Position numbers and translations under genes: made by a program. Of a stretch of DNA of 64,000 nt, positions 1 through 8,101 are shown piece after piece. The stretch lies in contig OZ253580.1 of the NCBI GenBank assembly GCA_965263035.1, positions 3,360,001 to 3,424,000 on the forward strand, read 5' to 3'. The first letter of the stretch is position 1, and each line of letters starts with the position of its first letter. Origin of the DNA: Acidobacteriota bacterium. GTDB taxonomy: Bacteria > Acidobacteriota > UBA6911 > RPQK01 > JAJDTT01. The notes under the pieces are model-generated. The model was not told the DNA's origin. It did not search any database and saw nothing but the letters and a program-made list of their open reading frames with translations.

Positions 1-1018
1 GGCGAACGACAAGGGTGTGTTTGCCGGAGCGCCGGGTCACGGGGGCGACCCCGCACAGACAACGCAAGGCGGCGTAATCTCTGCGGCGCAACGGATCGGA
101 GGCTTCCGAGAGCAGGGTGGCGAGGACGATTCGGCCGACCCCGGGCAGGGAGGCGAGGATCGCCACATCCCGCCTCGGTCCTGGGGACCCCGGCGCCGAC
201 TCGCACCGCTGGTCCCAAGCCCGGATCAGACGCTCGACCTGACGACCGGTGTCCTTGAGCTGGCTCTGCACCAGGGCGAGGCGCTCCGCGAGGCTGGCGA
301 CGTGAGCCACCGCCACCTCGGTGGTGCCGGCGGCGACGGGGAAGGCCGGAACCCGCAAGCGACGCAGGACTTCGCGGGCGTCGATTCGCCGGATCCGATG
401 GTCTTTCAACACCTTGGCGACCCGGCTCGGGCGCAGCTTCTGGGCGTCGTCCGGCGTCGGGGCCAGCTTCCACACTTGCAGCACCCAGGGCTCGGCGAGA
501 TTCTCGCTGAGGTCCAGGAACTGCGGATAGTAGCGCCAGAGTTGATCGCGGAGGCGGTTGAGAAGCCGGGTCCGCTCGCGGGTCAACTGCTCACCCAGTC
601 GTGAGGACTCGCGCAGCTGGATCACCTCAGAAGCGACGGGTTTGAGACGGCGCAAGCGATGGCCGTCGGTTCTCAGCGCGTCGGCCAGCACCCGGGCATC
701 GCGGCGGTCATCCTTGGCTCCGGCCGGCGAGAAGCGGTCGCGGAATCGATCCAGCTGCGTCGGATTGATGGCATAGACGGCAAAACGCCGCTCCATCAGG
801 AAATCCACCACCGGACCGTGGTTCACTTCAATCGCCACCGAGACGGCCTGTGCACTCGTTCCCGTCTGCTGCAGAATCCAGTCGGCCATCTGGGCCAGGC
901 CCGAACCGCTGTGCGGGAAGCTCCGCTGTCCCCGACAGGTGCCTTGCGCGTCCAGCACGCAGACTTGGTGCGCCTGGGACGCCCAATCGACTCCCACAAA
1001 CCATTGACTCTGTTTCAT
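1..1018 (-). CDS. IS110-family DEDD recombinase/transposase (3' end runs off the window)
   Basis: Not in the ORF track; translated by hand from the ATG at 1018 (GGAGG RBS upstream): MKQSQWFVGVDWASQAHQV...AIEVNHG...AKDDRRDA (DEDD RuvC-like), then ILASLPGVGRIV...CGVAPVTRRSGK (Tnp_20 domain with SG motif). Frame consistent at both ends, open to the window edge. Confidence 0.95.
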   Translation of the reverse strand, partial: MKQSQWFVGVDWASQAHQVCVLDAQGTCRGQRSFPHSGSGLAQMADWILQQTGTSAQAVSVAIEVNHGPVVDFLMERRFAVYAINPTQLDRFRDRFSPAGAKDDRRDARVLADALRTDGHRLRRLKPVASEVIQLRESSRLGEQLTRERTRLLNRLRDQLWRYYPQFLDLSENLAEPWVLQVWKLAPTPDDAQKLRPSRVAKVLKDHRIRRIDAREVLRRLRVPAFPVAAGTTEVAVAHVASLAERLALVQSQLKDTGRQVERLIRAWDQRCESAPGSPGPRRDVAILASLPGVGRIVLATLLSEASDPLRRRDYAALRCLCGVAPVTRRSGKHTLVVR

Positions 1019-1044
1019 CCCGACCCTCCCAGTGTTTAAATGGA

Positions 1045-1225
1045 CGTCGGGCCGCCGCGATTCGGATCGGTTCCTGTACTGGTGCTCAGAGGCGCCAACT
1101 TCCCACCGGGTCTCCATCGCGGCTACCGGCCGGGGCACGAATCCCCTCCAGGTGCTCCGAGGGCACAGGGACATTAGGGTCGCTCCCGGCCAGGTGGCCC
1201 TCTTCACCCACCGTGGGTGAAGTCC
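1045..1225 (-). ncRNA. Putative IS110 bridge RNA (5' hairpin, target-binding loop, donor-binding loop)
   Basis: Minus strand: hairpin CTTCACCCA-CGG-TGGGTGAAG (1202-1222). Stem GGCCGGG/CCCGGCC encloses an internal loop AATGTCCC...GTGC/GCAC...GGAGGG. Stem GCCGCGAT/ATCGCGGC (1116-1123/1054-1061) encloses an internal loop GGGAAGT...GTACAGG. Ends are approximate. Confidence 0.8.
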
Positions 1226-1251
1226 CTTAAAGGGTGCTCGTGAAGGGTACA

Positions 1252-1325
1252 GGGACATTTTTGTCCCCCATTCTTTCTTGCCCAAACGTCAATGGGAGTT
1301 CGGCGGTTAGAAATCGCCGCTCCCA
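1252..1325. repeat. Inverted REP doublet; the left REP is truncated by the IS110 insertion
   Basis: GGGACA-TTTT-TGTCCC at 1252-1267 resembles the intact REP at 47754-47776 but lacks its GGAG. An inverted GGGAGCGGCGATTTCTAACCGCCG lies at 1301-1324. Confidence 0.7.
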
Positions 1326-1404
1326 ACTCGAAGGGCTCGGGGCAGACGTCTGGAACGGTACTTGGCGTTTCCGATAGACTACCCGCTGAACCCAGGCGCC
1401 TCCC

Positions 1405-2229
1405 ATGCCGGCTCCGAAACTCGAATTCAGGAAAGTGACCGGTCATTGCGGCGCCGAAGTGCACGGCATCGACCTTGCCCGGCCGCTCGGCGCGGAGGTG
1501 GTGGACGTTCTCTCCAACGCACTGGCCGAACACTGCGTCCTCTTCTTCCACGAACAGTCCATGACTCCGGCCCAGCAGAAGGCGCTGGGCCGCCATTTCG
1601 GTGAATTGCACATTCATCCGGCGTGGCCCCGGTTGGTCGACGGCCATCCGGAAGTCATGGAAATCTACGCCGACGAGAACACCCGCCGGATCGCCGGGGA
1701 AGACTGGCATTCGGATGTCTCCTGCGACCGGGAGCCGCCGCTGGGGACGATCCTGCAGATGCTGGAGGTGCCGCCGGTAGGGGGCGATACCCTGTTCGCC
1801 AACATGTACGCGGCCTACGAGTCACTGTCGACGCCGATGCGGCGTTTGCTGGACGGAATGACCGCGATCCACGATGGAGAGTATGTCTACCGGGGCCGTT
1901 ACGATGGCGCCGACGATGAGGGGAAGACCTTCCCCAGATCGGAGCATCCCGTCGGCCGGACCCATCCGGTGAGCGGACGCAAGGCGCTCTTCGTCAACCG
2001 CCTCTTCACGACCCGTATCGTTCAGCTCTCGAAGCGGGAGAGCGACGCGGTCCTCGGTTTTTTGGTGGAGCACGCCGCGAGCCCCATGTTCCAGTGCCGG
2101 TTCCGCTGGCGTCCCGGATCGGTGGCGTTCTGGGACAACCGCTGCGCCCAGCACTACGCCCTGTGGGACTATTATCCGAACCGGCGCCGCGGGTTGCGCG
2201 TCACCATCAAGGGCGATCGGCCGCGTTAA
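1405..2229 (+). CDS. tauD: TauD/TfdA family Fe(II)/2-oxoglutarate dioxygenase (taurine dioxygenase-like)
   Basis: GAEVHGIDL, WHSD (HxD), GGDTLFANMYAAYE, HPVSGRKALFVN, FWDNRCAQHYA. Confidence 0.88.
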   Translation: MPAPKLEFRKVTGHCGAEVHGIDLARPLGAEVVDVLSNALAEHCVLFFHEQSMTPAQQKALGRHFGELHIHPAWPRLVDGHPEVMEIYADENTRRIAGEDWHSDVSCDREPPLGTILQMLEVPPVGGDTLFANMYAAYESLSTPMRRLLDGMTAIHDGEYVYRGRYDGADDEGKTFPRSEHPVGRTHPVSGRKALFVNRLFTTRIVQLSKRESDAVLGFLVEHAASPMFQCRFRWRPGSVAFWDNRCAQHYALWDYYPNRRRGLRVTIKGDRPR

Positions 2230-2235
2230 GGCGGT

Positions 2236-3876
2236 TCAATACTTGATCCGGAGTTGCACGCCGCAGAGAGTTGCCCCGTCGCGACCCACGTTTGCGTCTT
2301 CCGGGAGCGAGACCTCCAGCGTGTTCTCTCCGGTCCTCAGGGGCGGAGCGCTCAGCGCATAGGCGACCGGGTACTTGCACTCGCCATCATGCGGACTCTC
2401 CACTGACCCTTTCTCCAAAGACACGCCGTTGAGACGCAGCCGTAGTGGATCGTCTGCCGTGGGTCTTTGCAGCCTCAACTCCAGTCGGATCTCGGCCGGC
2501 GCCCCCGCCGGGGCGTTCGGGGCCAACTCATCGGCCACGGCCAGCGTGAACTCATGGGAGGTGCCTCTCTGGACCAAGCGCGGCAGAGGCGTCGGACTGG
2601 ACACGAACGCGTAGTGTTCGAAGGCCTGGGCGTCGAGGCCGTAGAGCTTTGTCTTTCCCGCCAGTGTCTCCGGCTCGCCGATCTCGTCGAGAGCCGCGTG
2701 CCGTTGATCCTTCACCTCTTGGGGACCGAACATGTTCCAGAGGTAGCTTCCGTCGGCTCCGGCTCGGCGCCAATTGGCCGCCAACGCCCTCATCTGTTCC
2801 ACTATGGAGCCCCTCAACCGGGTTCCCGTGTTGAAGCAGGGATAGACCAGCACGCCGTGCTTCTGAGCCGCCCGGGCGAATTCGGCCACGTCCAGCGAAT
2901 TCGGAGCGTACCCCCCGCCTGCGATCAGGATGTCCACCAATCCCTCCCGCGCCCACTGCTCCAGGTCCAGCCCGATTCCCCTGGAAAGATGGAAGCTGTC
3001 CGGGACCCGAGCGGCCAGAAGCAGGGGACGCCCGCGGCGAGTGGCGATCTCATCCATTGAGCGGCGAATGCGGCGCAGGAAGCCGGTCATGACGGCAACC
3101 TCTCCGTCGCCGACCGGCACTCCCCGCATCGATGAGCTGAAGTACACGGGCTGGCGGATGAAGTCCAGCTCGATTCCGTCGATGTCGTATCGTTGGCACA
3201 CCTCTTCGATGATCTCGAGCTTGCGCCGACGAACCTCCTGGTGGACGAAGTCCTGGGCCGTGACGTACAACTTCCGCTCGGGCAACATCCCGGTCCGGTC
3301 CACCAGGAACTGGGGGTGGTTCCTCTTCCAGTGGGTGATCCAGCGGTACCACATGCTGTCGTGCACGTCGTTCATGCGCAACGACGCGAATGCCTCCATC
3401 CCGTTAGCGTGGCAGAAGTCCACCACTACTTGCAGGGGACAGTGTCCGGCCTCGATCAGCGATTTGAGATTCGAGATCATGGGACCCATACGCGGGGCCG
3501 GATGGGCGTGGGCGGGGCCGAAGACCGGCTGGACGCTGCTGTCGTAGTTGGGCGCGTCCCCCTTGGTGATGGACCAGGCGACGGTATCGACCTGGGTGCC
3601 GGCCAGCCGTTTCAAACGAATTCCCAGGAACCCCTCCGGCGTGCTCGAATCCGCGTCGTGCAGGTCGCCGCCATCGTCATTGAAGATGATGCGCCGTGGC
3701 TTGGCGGCGGCCTCTTTGCGTGCTCGAACGACCTCCACCGCTACTACGGTACCCGCTGGGTCGGAGCTGTCGGCGGGCGCCTCAGGAGCCGGGGACTGGG
3801 TAGTGCAGGCCAGCGGCAACAGGACCAGAAGAAGACAACAGCCGGTCGAACGCGTGTACATAAGTGGCAACCTCAA
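2236..3876 (-). CDS. Secreted/lipoprotein glycoside hydrolase-like protein (GHL10-type TIM barrel); start may be 3861
   Basis: Hydrophobic signal ending LPLAC; RRIIFNDDG, FASLRMNDVH, RYDIDGIELDF motifs. Confidence 0.7.
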   Translation of the reverse strand: MRLPLMYTRSTGCCLLLVLLPLACTTQSPAPEAPADSSDPAGTVVAVEVVRARKEAAAKPRRIIFNDDGGDLHDADSSTPEGFLGIRLKRLAGTQVDTVAWSITKGDAPNYDSSVQPVFGPAHAHPAPRMGPMISNLKSLIEAGHCPLQVVVDFCHANGMEAFASLRMNDVHDSMWYRWITHWKRNHPQFLVDRTGMLPERKLYVTAQDFVHQEVRRRKLEIIEEVCQRYDIDGIELDFIRQPVYFSSSMRGVPVGDGEVAVMTGFLRRIRRSMDEIATRRGRPLLLAARVPDSFHLSRGIGLDLEQWAREGLVDILIAGGGYAPNSLDVAEFARAAQKHGVLVYPCFNTGTRLRGSIVEQMRALAANWRRAGADGSYLWNMFGPQEVKDQRHAALDEIGEPETLAGKTKLYGLDAQAFEHYAFVSSPTPLPRLVQRGTSHEFTLAVADELAPNAPAGAPAEIRLELRLQRPTADDPLRLRLNGVSLEKGSVESPHDGECKYPVAYALSAPPLRTGENTLEVSLPEDANVGRDGATLCGVQLRIKY

Positions 3877-3942
3877 AGGATATCGGGGGAAACGGGAGGC
3901 CTGCCGGCGCGGGTTCCCGGGTGCCCACTGGTTCCCGAGCCG

Positions 3943-5223
3943 TCAGGGCAGATTCTCCAACCGCCAGAACCGGCCCCGGAGGATCTTGTCCCGCTTGTAG
4001 GCGCCGAAGGTCAGGAACCGGTTCTTGGAGACTTCGATGGTCGCCGGCACCGAGGCGCTGTAGTGGTCCACCTTGCCCACGTCCCGGAACGCCGGAAACA
4101 CCGCGAACTTCTTGGCCTTCGCCGGTAACTTGGTGCCCTCTTCGGTGCCGTCGAGCCAGGTCTTCCCTCCGTTCAGACTGATTCGGAGCACGTGGTCGCC
4201 CTTAGAATCATCAGGTTGTCCCGGGTCCTGACCCGCGTGGCTGGCCAGGACCAGCCAGTCGTCCTTGGTCCAGACCATGGACCAGCGGTAGCTGGCAAAT
4301 CCGAACAAGCCGCCGGGCACTTCCCGGAAGGATCGGCCGCCGTCGGTCGATTCCAGCAGGATGCCGTTCTTGTAGGCCCAGTCGGGCATGTAGTTGGGCG
4401 GCGTCATGTCCATGGCGCTCAGCTTCCGGATCGTCTGAAGATCCTCCCCCGGCAGGGCTTTCCTCTGGATTCGGGTGGCCGCGAAGATGTGGTCCGGGTC
4501 GTTGGGATCCACGGCGTAGGCGGTCTCGGTGGCGTGCTGGTGGACGATGGTGGGATCTCCCCAGGTCTGTCCCCCGTCCCGGGCGCGAACCATCACGTCG
4601 CGGATGCCGGGCCGGGATTGATCCTCCTGATGCCAGTCCGCCCAGTCGTCGTAGCGCATGCTGAGGGAAAAGAAGATGGTCCCGTCGGGCCGCTCCACGA
4701 AGTTGGGGTGGCACCAGGCGGTCTCCATCATCGTATAGGGGTCCGTCTCGGGGTCGGGAGCGAAGCGGCCGTAGTCGATCTCCCGGGTCTCCCAGGTCCG
4801 GCCGCCGTCCGTGGATTTCGAGAAAAAGACCCTCCGGTCTTTGTATTCCATGGACTTGCCGTCGACAGTGTGGGTCGGGGGGGCCTGATGGAGCAGCCAG
4901 AGACTGCCGTCCCGGGCGACATGAAAGCCTGCCGTATGCTGGCCGGGAGGGGCCTGGGGGAGTTCGACCGGAATCGTCTCCCAGGTGCGGCCCTGATCCT
5001 TGCTTCGGAAGAGGCCCGGCTTGGGTTCACCGGTATTGAGCCAGATGGCTCCGTCCGGTCCGCGAACCACGTTATAGGCATCCAGGTCGGCGCTCGCCGG
5101 CGCGAGGATCACCTCGTCTTCGATGAAGAGCTGGACGTCCGCCAGGCTTCCTCCGGCCCACACGGGCACGGCGGCCAAACTGAAGACGAACAATGCGATC
5201 ATTGAGTTGATTTGTTTCGGCAT
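3943..5223 (-). CDS. Secreted BNR/Asp-box (sialidase-like) beta-propeller, copy A
   Basis: Signal peptide; Asp-boxes SKDQGRTW, STDGGRTW, ARDGGQTW, STDGGRSF, SLNGGKTW. Confidence 0.85.
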   Translation of the reverse strand: MPKQINSMIALFVFSLAAVPVWAGGSLADVQLFIEDEVILAPASADLDAYNVVRGPDGAIWLNTGEPKPGLFRSKDQGRTWETIPVELPQAPPGQHTAGFHVARDGSLWLLHQAPPTHTVDGKSMEYKDRRVFFSKSTDGGRTWETREIDYGRFAPDPETDPYTMMETAWCHPNFVERPDGTIFFSLSMRYDDWADWHQEDQSRPGIRDVMVRARDGGQTWGDPTIVHQHATETAYAVDPNDPDHIFAATRIQRKALPGEDLQTIRKLSAMDMTPPNYMPDWAYKNGILLESTDGGRSFREVPGGLFGFASYRWSMVWTKDDWLVLASHAGQDPGQPDDSKGDHVLRISLNGGKTWLDGTEEGTKLPAKAKKFAVFPAFRDVGKVDHYSASVPATIEVSKNRFLTFGAYKRDKILRGRFWRLENLP

Positions 5224-5236
5224 GAGTTGTCCTCCG

Positions 5237-6514
5237 TCAGGGCAGGTTCTCCAAGCGCCAGAACCGGCCTCGCAGGATCTTGTCCCGCTTGTAGGCGCCG
5301 AAGGTCAGGAACCGGTTCTTGGAGACTTCGACGGTCGCCGGCACCGAGGCGCTGTAGTGGTCCACCTTGCCCAGGTTCCGGAACGCCGGAAACACCGCGA
5401 ACTTCTTGGCCTTCGCTGGTGAGGAGGTGCCCTCTTCGGTGCCGTCGAGCCAGGTCTTCCCTCCGTTCAGACTAATTCGCAGCACGTGGTCGCCATAATT
5501 CTCTCGTTGTCCCGGGTCCTGACCCGCGTGGCTGGCCAGGACCAGCCAGTCATCCTTGGTCCAGACCATGGACCAGCGGTAGCTGGCAAATCCGAACAAG
5601 CCGCCGGGCACTTCCCGGAAGGATCGGCCGCCGTCGGTCGATTCCAGCAGGATGCCGTTCTTGTAGGCCCCGTCGGGCATGTAGTTGGGCGGCGTCATGT
5701 CCATGGCGGTCAGCTTCCGGATCGCCTGAAGGTCCTCGCCCGGCAGGGCTCTCCTCTGGATTCGGGTGGCCGCGAAGATGTGATCCGGGTCGTTGGGATC
5801 CACGGCGTAGGCGGTCTCGGTGGCGTGCTGGTGGACGATGGTGGGATCTCCCCAGGTCTGTCCCCCGTCCCGGGTGCGAACCATCACGTCGCGGATGCCG
5901 GGCCGGAATTGATCCTCCTGATGCCAGTCCGCCCAGTCGTCGTAGCGCATGCTGAGGGAGAAGAAGACGGTTCCATCCGGCCGTTCTACGAAGTTGGGGT
6001 GGCACCAGGCGGTCTCCATCATCGTATAGGGGTCCGCCTCGGGGTCGGGAGCGAAGCGGCCGTAGTCGATCTCCCGGGTCTCCCAGGTCCGGCCGCCGTC
6101 CGTGGATTTCGAGAAAAAGACCCTCCGGTCTTTGTATTCCATGGACTTGCCGTCGACAGTGTGGGTCGGGGGGGCCTGATGGAGCAACCAGAGACTGCCG
6201 TCCCGGGCGACATGAAAGCCTGCCAGATGCTGGCCGGGAGGGGCCTGGGGGAGTTCGACCGGAATCGTCTCCCAGGTGCGGCCCTGATCCTTGCTTCGGA
6301 AGAGGCCCGGCTTGGGTTCACCGGTATTGAGCCAGATGGCTCCGTCCGGTCCGCGAACGACGTTATAGGCATCCAGGTCGGCGCTCGCCGGCGCGAGGAT
6401 CACCTCGTCTTCGATGAAAAGCTGGACGTCCGCCAGGCTTCCTCCCTCCGGAGCAGCGCAGCCCGTCAGGGCGAAGGCCAAGATCATGCTCTTGGGGTCG
6501 AGTCGTCTTGTCAT
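5237..6514 (-). CDS. BNR/Asp-box (sialidase-like) lipoprotein, copy B (start corrected to 6514)
   Basis: MTRRLDPKSMILAFALTGC lipobox; mature region nearly identical to copy A; upstream 24 nt shared with copy C. Confidence 0.85.
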   Translation of the reverse strand: MTRRLDPKSMILAFALTGCAAPEGGSLADVQLFIEDEVILAPASADLDAYNVVRGPDGAIWLNTGEPKPGLFRSKDQGRTWETIPVELPQAPPGQHLAGFHVARDGSLWLLHQAPPTHTVDGKSMEYKDRRVFFSKSTDGGRTWETREIDYGRFAPDPEADPYTMMETAWCHPNFVERPDGTVFFSLSMRYDDWADWHQEDQFRPGIRDVMVRTRDGGQTWGDPTIVHQHATETAYAVDPNDPDHIFAATRIQRRALPGEDLQAIRKLTAMDMTPPNYMPDGAYKNGILLESTDGGRSFREVPGGLFGFASYRWSMVWTKDDWLVLASHAGQDPGQRENYGDHVLRISLNGGKTWLDGTEEGTSSPAKAKKFAVFPAFRNLGKVDHYSASVPATVEVSKNRFLTFGAYKRDKILRGRFWRLENLP

Positions 6515-6543
6515 GAGCTGTCTTCCCCTGTTTCGTCTGAAGA

Positions 6544-6625
6544 GGGCGGCCACAAGGGCCGCCCCTACGGTCCCTATCCGGCTCATCGTGGCGGCAACGG
6601 TAGGGGCACCTCTTGTGGGTGCCCT
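6544..6625. repeat. Pair of GTAG-type REP palindromes in inverted arrangement
   Basis: GGGCGGCCACAAGGGCCGCCCCTAC ... GTAGGGGCACCTCTTGTGGGTGCCC; relative at 32138-32162. Confidence 0.75.
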
Positions 6626-6703
6626 CGTTGACAATCTGGCGGGATCTCCCATACCACATGGGGCCGGGGTGCTCGGATCAGCGTCATGCAGTTCGCCCCG
6701 CCA

Positions 6704-7981
6704 TCAGGGCAAATTCTCCAGGCGCCAGAACCGGCCCCGGAGGATCCGGTCCTTCTTGTAGGTGCAGAAGGTCAGGAACCGGTTCTTGGCGATCTGGATG
6801 GTCGCCGGCACCGAGGCGCTGTAGTGGTCCGCCTTGCCCACGTCCCGGTACCCCGGAACCACCGCGAACTTCTTGGCCTTCGCCGGTGAGGAGGTGCCCT
6901 CTTCGGTGCCGTCGATCCAAGTCTTCCCTCCGTTCAGACTGATTCGGAGCACTTGGTCGCCATGACTCTTTCGTTGTCCCGGATCCTGACCCGCGGTGCC
7001 GGCCAGGATCAACCAGTCCTCCTCCGTCCAGACCATGGACCAGCGGTAGCTGCCGAACCCGAACAGGCCGCCGGGCACTTCCCGGAAGGATCGGCCGCCG
7101 TCGGTCGATTCCAGCAGGATGCCATTCTTGTAGGCCCAGTCGGGCATGTAGTTGGGCGGCGTCATGTCCATGGCGCTTAGCTTCCGGATCGCCTGAAGAT
7201 CCTCCCCCGGCAGGGCTTTCCTCTGGATTCGGGTGGCCGCGAAGATGTGGTCCGGGTCGTTGGGATCCACGGCGTAGGCGGTCTCGGTGGCGTGCTGGTG
7301 GACGATGGTGGGATCTCCCCAGGTCCGGCCTCCGTCCTGCGTGCGAACCATCACGTCACGGACACCCGGGCGCGTCTGATCCGTCTGGGAGTAATCCTCC
7401 CAATCGTCGTAGCGCATGCTGAGGGAGAAGAAGGCGCTCCCGTCGGGCCGTTCCACGAAATTGGGGTGGCACCAGGCGATATCGATGGACGTATAGGGGT
7501 CCGCCTCGGGGTCGGGAGCAAAACGGCCCTGGTCGAGATCCTGCGTCTCCCAGGTCCGGCCACCGTCCGTGGAGATGGAAAAGAAGCCCCGCCTGTCGGT
7601 GGACTTGATCGACTCGCCGTCGACAATTCGGTAGGGGGCGGCCTGGTGGACCAGCCAGAGACTGCCGTCCCGGGCGGCGTGAAAACCTCCCAGATGCTGT
7701 CCGGGCGGGACATCGGAGAGCGTCACGGGAAGGGTCTCCCAGGTGCGGCCCTGATCCGTGCTTCGAAAGAGGCCCGGTTCGGGTTCGCCGGTGTTGAGCC
7801 AGATGGCGCCGTCCGGTCCCCGAACCACGTTCTGGGCGCTTAGACGGGCGCTAGCCGAAGCGAGGATCACTTCGTCTTCGATGAAGAGCTGGACGTCCGC
7901 CAGGCTTCCCCCCTCCGGAGCAGCGCAGCCCGTCAGGGCGAAGGCCAAGAGTATGATCATGGAGTCGAGTCGTCTTGACAT
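6704..7981 (-). CDS. BNR/Asp-box (sialidase-like) lipoprotein, copy C
   Basis: LAFALTGC lipobox; same five Asp-boxes; more divergent N-terminal half. Confidence 0.85.
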   Translation of the reverse strand: MSRRLDSMIILLAFALTGCAAPEGGSLADVQLFIEDEVILASASARLSAQNVVRGPDGAIWLNTGEPEPGLFRSTDQGRTWETLPVTLSDVPPGQHLGGFHAARDGSLWLVHQAAPYRIVDGESIKSTDRRGFFSISTDGGRTWETQDLDQGRFAPDPEADPYTSIDIAWCHPNFVERPDGSAFFSLSMRYDDWEDYSQTDQTRPGVRDVMVRTQDGGRTWGDPTIVHQHATETAYAVDPNDPDHIFAATRIQRKALPGEDLQAIRKLSAMDMTPPNYMPDWAYKNGILLESTDGGRSFREVPGGLFGFGSYRWSMVWTEEDWLILAGTAGQDPGQRKSHGDQVLRISLNGGKTWIDGTEEGTSSPAKAKKFAVVPGYRDVGKADHYSASVPATIQIAKNRFLTFCTYKKDRILRGRFWRLENLP

Positions 7982-8101
7982 GAGCTGTCTTCCCCTGTTT
8001 CGAATCGGTACCGGGTCTGCCGCCGTCGGCGAGTTTCCTCTATGATGAGGGCAATTGTCTGGACGTATTTCTCTCGTTTAAAGTTGATTGAGGAGATTCT
8101 G

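Larger units (their letters stand above)
1..1253 (-). mobile_element. IS110-family insertion sequence, left end at ~1251-1253; right end outside the window
   Basis: Transposase plus ~235-nt upstream non-coding end. The minus-strand junction AATGTC-CC-TGTAC abuts a REP hairpin remnant at 1252-1269. Confidence 0.88.

Noticed and set aside
17-1230. Plus-strand ORFs in the track (17-604, 659-1039, 850-1230)
   Set aside because: Antisense shadows of the IS110 transposase and its non-coding end.
6515-6652. N-terminal extension of ORF 5237-6652
   Set aside because: It runs through the REP pair; the paralogue's start context and the lipobox support 6514.
3943-7981. Diversity-generating retroelement explanation for the near-identical repeats
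   Set aside because: No reverse transcriptase in the window; all copies are full genes; differences include indels and do not look adenine-restricted.
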